DNA from: Phoronis australis
Lineage: Eukaryota > Animalia > Phoronida
DNA length: 64,000 nt
NCBI GenBank assembly: GCA_002633005.1
Contig: NMRA01000245.1
Location: 310,001-374,000 of the forward strand
Direction of reading: 5' to 3'
Below the pieces are notes generated by a model that was not told the origin of the DNA, did not search any database, and saw only the letters and a list, made by a program, of their open reading frames with translations. Below, piece after piece: positions 60,511 to 64,000 of this stretch (position 1 is its first letter; the number at the start of each line of letters is the position of its first letter). The position numbers and the translations under genes are program-made.

Positions 60511-63500
60511 TTAGAAATGGAGCACAACCATATATCTTTATGTAAGTAATTCTAAGAACAGACCTCTAGGAAGGCAAAAATTATTGGGGGAGCACAAACC
60601 ATTTCGACATTTTCAAAATCCTTAGTTGAAACACGACCGGTAGTCCAGTTTCTGGTGGCTGGGGAAAAGGGTAGTGTGTCCCAAAATGTACACACTTCCT
60701 GAACGCCTGGAGTTCAAATTCAGTTTCCGTGGATAACTGAAATTCTGCGCGGGCCTACTGCATGGTTACATCTTGACGTGGGTACGTCAGTCATGACTTG
60801 CACGCGAATCAGGGCAAGCAATCAATTCAGTTTTGAAGAACAAAAATTCATTGCTCAATACTACTGGAAACTAAAAACACCAAGGAAGTGCAAGACAACC
60901 TTTCCAAGAAATGAGTTTAATTTTATATATTTAAGGATTTTTAAAACCTTTGTCCTATCTACGGTTTATGAGTCCGAATTTCATCAATGTCTTTGAAAGT
61001 TATTTTAGGTATGCAAAAATCGTCTAAGTGTACTTTACTATTTGGGGATCGGATTACACTGTTTTTCCAACTTCAGGCTGCAATTAAATTCACTGAAGCA
61101 TCAATTCTTAAAAGATTAGCTCCAAATTGTCAAAAATCATCTATGAATCTATCAATTTCCGTAAATACATAAGTAAATCAGAAACCAACGAATTTGTTTA
61201 TCAAAACGGAATGTTATAAGCAATTTCTGCATGTATGCTCGCAGACTTTTGACGGGTAGCCGGGGAAATATGGGAGATGGGGCATTCGTATTAAGGTGCA
61301 TTTTTGCTCATTTCAGAGGTACCTTTAACGGTTCATGAGGTAAACTTGAACTCCATTGACAAAAAAAAAACCCGCTGAAATCTTTCTTTATGATTGCGAG
61401 AGTTGTTTCAGTACCCCCTTTTGACATGTACACGGTCACCACAAATAGTAGCCTAGACAGCAGTGTGGGAATTCCTTACAAACAACTCACAGTAATCATC
61501 CTCAAAAGAGATACTATTCTTGTGATACTACGGGAAACAATAACATTATTTTATAACTAACCATCGGAAATAGTCCTTTTGTGCATTTCACAAATACGGT
61601 GGTCTTCACGTTCTTCAAAATTCCACCCTTTCGATGGCGGCAATCCTACTGTATTTTTGTCACATTTTTGGTTGTTTGTGTCAAATGGCTGTGATGTGCA
61701 CGAATGTTTTGTGATTTGTTGATGAATTTGGAATCTCAAATTCCCTCGTGAATTCTTGGCAGTGTCGGATTTACATGTATAGAGAGACAAAGGCACATTT
61801 CTCCCGAACTGCTCCACCGAGAGAGGATACCGTCTGAAATGGGACACCTTAAGATGAAAGGCTACACATCGTTAAGCTTGGAAAAAAGAGAGACAGTTCA
61901 TTCCACCGTCGTGTGGTCCCAAAACAATGCAGGGAGTGACCTCCTCCAAAATGAAAACCGGTCGCACGGTTCCAACATTGGGCCTTCTTTCCGTGAGCTG
62001 CCCCTTAATAATTTGTCAATAAATCACAAAAAGGGTGGCCACTTAAATGTCGCCAATGGCTTCCTTCAAGGGCGGGGCCCCTAAATATGTAAATATCTAC
62101 ATTTTTGAATATCAAGAAATGCGCAGCAATTGATGTTATCTGTCATGTCATCAATTTTATCAAGTAATATACAGTTTCGAGAGAAAAAAATAAAGCGAAA
62201 GTTCGTCTCCGTTATCCTTTGCCACAGAGGGGCCTCTGGAAAAAAGAGTTTTGCATTCGCAAAATTGACTTAATGAATTCTAAAATCCAGTAAATTAGTA
62301 CGCTCTGCAAAAGTTTCGCTTTACAAATTTTCTCGATTTTTCGAAATATATGTATGATTGATTTCGTGCACGTTTTCAAGTGCGTTTAGATGACCTGTGG
62401 TGCAAAAGCGAAAACCCTAACGTTAATGTCCTAGCCAGGGTCCTCATGCACTGATGCTGATCGTTAAATGTTCTCTTGAAGTTTCTCTCTTATCCGTATT
62501 TCGCAATCTTTCTTTTCTCGACTTTCCCCGCACCCACGCCTATGTCAGTTGTCTCACGGTTTAACCCTGACGCCTGAAATTTTTTGGGGGCCCGTATCCT
62601 CCTAACCCCCTCCCCCCTCTGCCCCCCCGCTTTCTACGGCCCTGAAGAAGTAAGATGAAAGCGTTCAGAAAATCTAAGAAGCTGCTTTGTATTTTTTGGC
62701 CGCGTGAATGCTGGTCAATATTCAATGAAAATGACCGTTCACCCGATCACGGGCGCTGACGACGCCTGTGCACCCGATGTCCAGACACTGAGTTGGCCAA
62801 ACTAAGCTGATTTTTTGCTGTTCAATTTTAGCAAACTCATTGGTCAATAGATGTCACTTAACATTCACTCAAACGTTTTAGTTTCAACAATACAAGTCAG
62901 TTGGAGTTGTAGCAATGAACACTCCCCGAGTATTTTGTCACCTATATTTGAACCATGCATCTTTACGAATTGGAAACACGTACACACCTAAAGCTGTGTT
63001 CATCCGTGATCAGAAATACGAAACACACAATTCTGAATACCATGTATCACTAAACAAAACACAGAAACATTGTGATGGTGCAATACAAACCAAACTAATT
63101 ATCACAAAGTGAAGATAACTTAAAATTTTAGTAGGTTTCCTTCGGCATACCACTCACGTTTCACAGGAGCCTTCAATAGTTCCCTTTTCCACCAGTTTCC
63201 TTCTTACTAATTCTCAATAACCATTTTGAACAGATCCTAACATGCGCCTATCTTGCAAAAAACGCAGTGATCTGCATATATGCGCACGCGCCTAATTGCG
63301 GTGCTATAGGCCTACCCTCTTTTCAGAACAGTCGCTCAGTCAGACTAAAGTTCTGTGAAGTTCGCCTCTCGTAGACATTTCACCACTCAACAATATTAGC
63401 AATTAATTGTTTCTCTTATTTGAAGTCCCATTCAGAGCCATCTGCTCTCTGTGGCCATAGCCTTTGATTTTGGCGTGGAAGCCTAATTTGTTTGGGCCGT

Positions 63501-64000
63501 TTCACATTCGTCTGTAACAAAGTGGTCACCACCGCAACTGCAGTATGCGTCTCTTCATTATCGGGAAAATGTAGTTCCAAGACTGGAGCCAGTGGACTCA
63601 CCTAAGGTTTTGCTGTGGTCGACGTGACAGCACTAAGGCGACACGATTGCTTACCCCTGTCATAGCGTGCCATGCCGTCAAAGCCAACTCGCTCCAAGAA
63701 GAGTAACGAGTGATAAATAGATCGGCTGTTCTTAGCATTGAAATGTTCAATGAAAACTTATCCAGTTTAATGATTGTAGTATATTTAAATTTAAATCTCA
63801 CTGAAAACTTTTCATAGTTTGTTTATTAAGTATCTGCTATTTTGTTTATTGTATTAAAAAGAGATTGACGATGTAAAAGTTTATCGTTTGTCATTTCGTG
63901 TTGTTTACAAAAATCACTAGCCTTGTCTGGTTTTCCCGTCTAAATGAAAGAGGGCGATACTACCACTGACGGTGATGTGCAAGGTCCTAATAGAAAATGG

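Noticed and set aside
60460-60520. CTGATGA...GAAA as a hammerhead ribozyme at the retroelement 3' end
   Set aside because: Stem II does not close and stems I and III could not be built; an Infernal search would be needed.

Overview
AT-rich, intron-rich animal genomic DNA, probably from a marine invertebrate; the taxon cannot be fixed from sequence alone. Most of the window (984..48325, + strand) is the 5'-truncated gene for a Ste20 GCK-V kinase orthologous to SLK/STK10/Drosophila slik. Seventeen phase-consistent GT-AG exons encode the kinase C-lobe, an acidic linker and the C-terminal coiled coil. A 25-30 kb intron separates the linker from the coiled coil. It hides a 1.1-kb open exon (30921..32026) ending in a consensus phase-2 donor that splices in frame onto the coiled-coil exons, which predicts a kinase-less isoform of about 813 aa. 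A 4.4-4.9 kb tandem duplication joined at an N is most likely two haplotypes; its 8 synonymous versus 4 non-synonymous differences suggest this exon is under selection. CTCF-consensus motifs lie within 60 nt downstream of 7 of the 16 splice donors and in two oriented repeat arrays. Downstream are a convergent uncharacterised gene (- strand), a decayed Hero-type non-LTR retrotransposon and several MITEs, including a group with 5-bp target duplications. No rRNA, tRNA or CRISPR array was seen. All of this was read by eye; no alignments or database searches were run.
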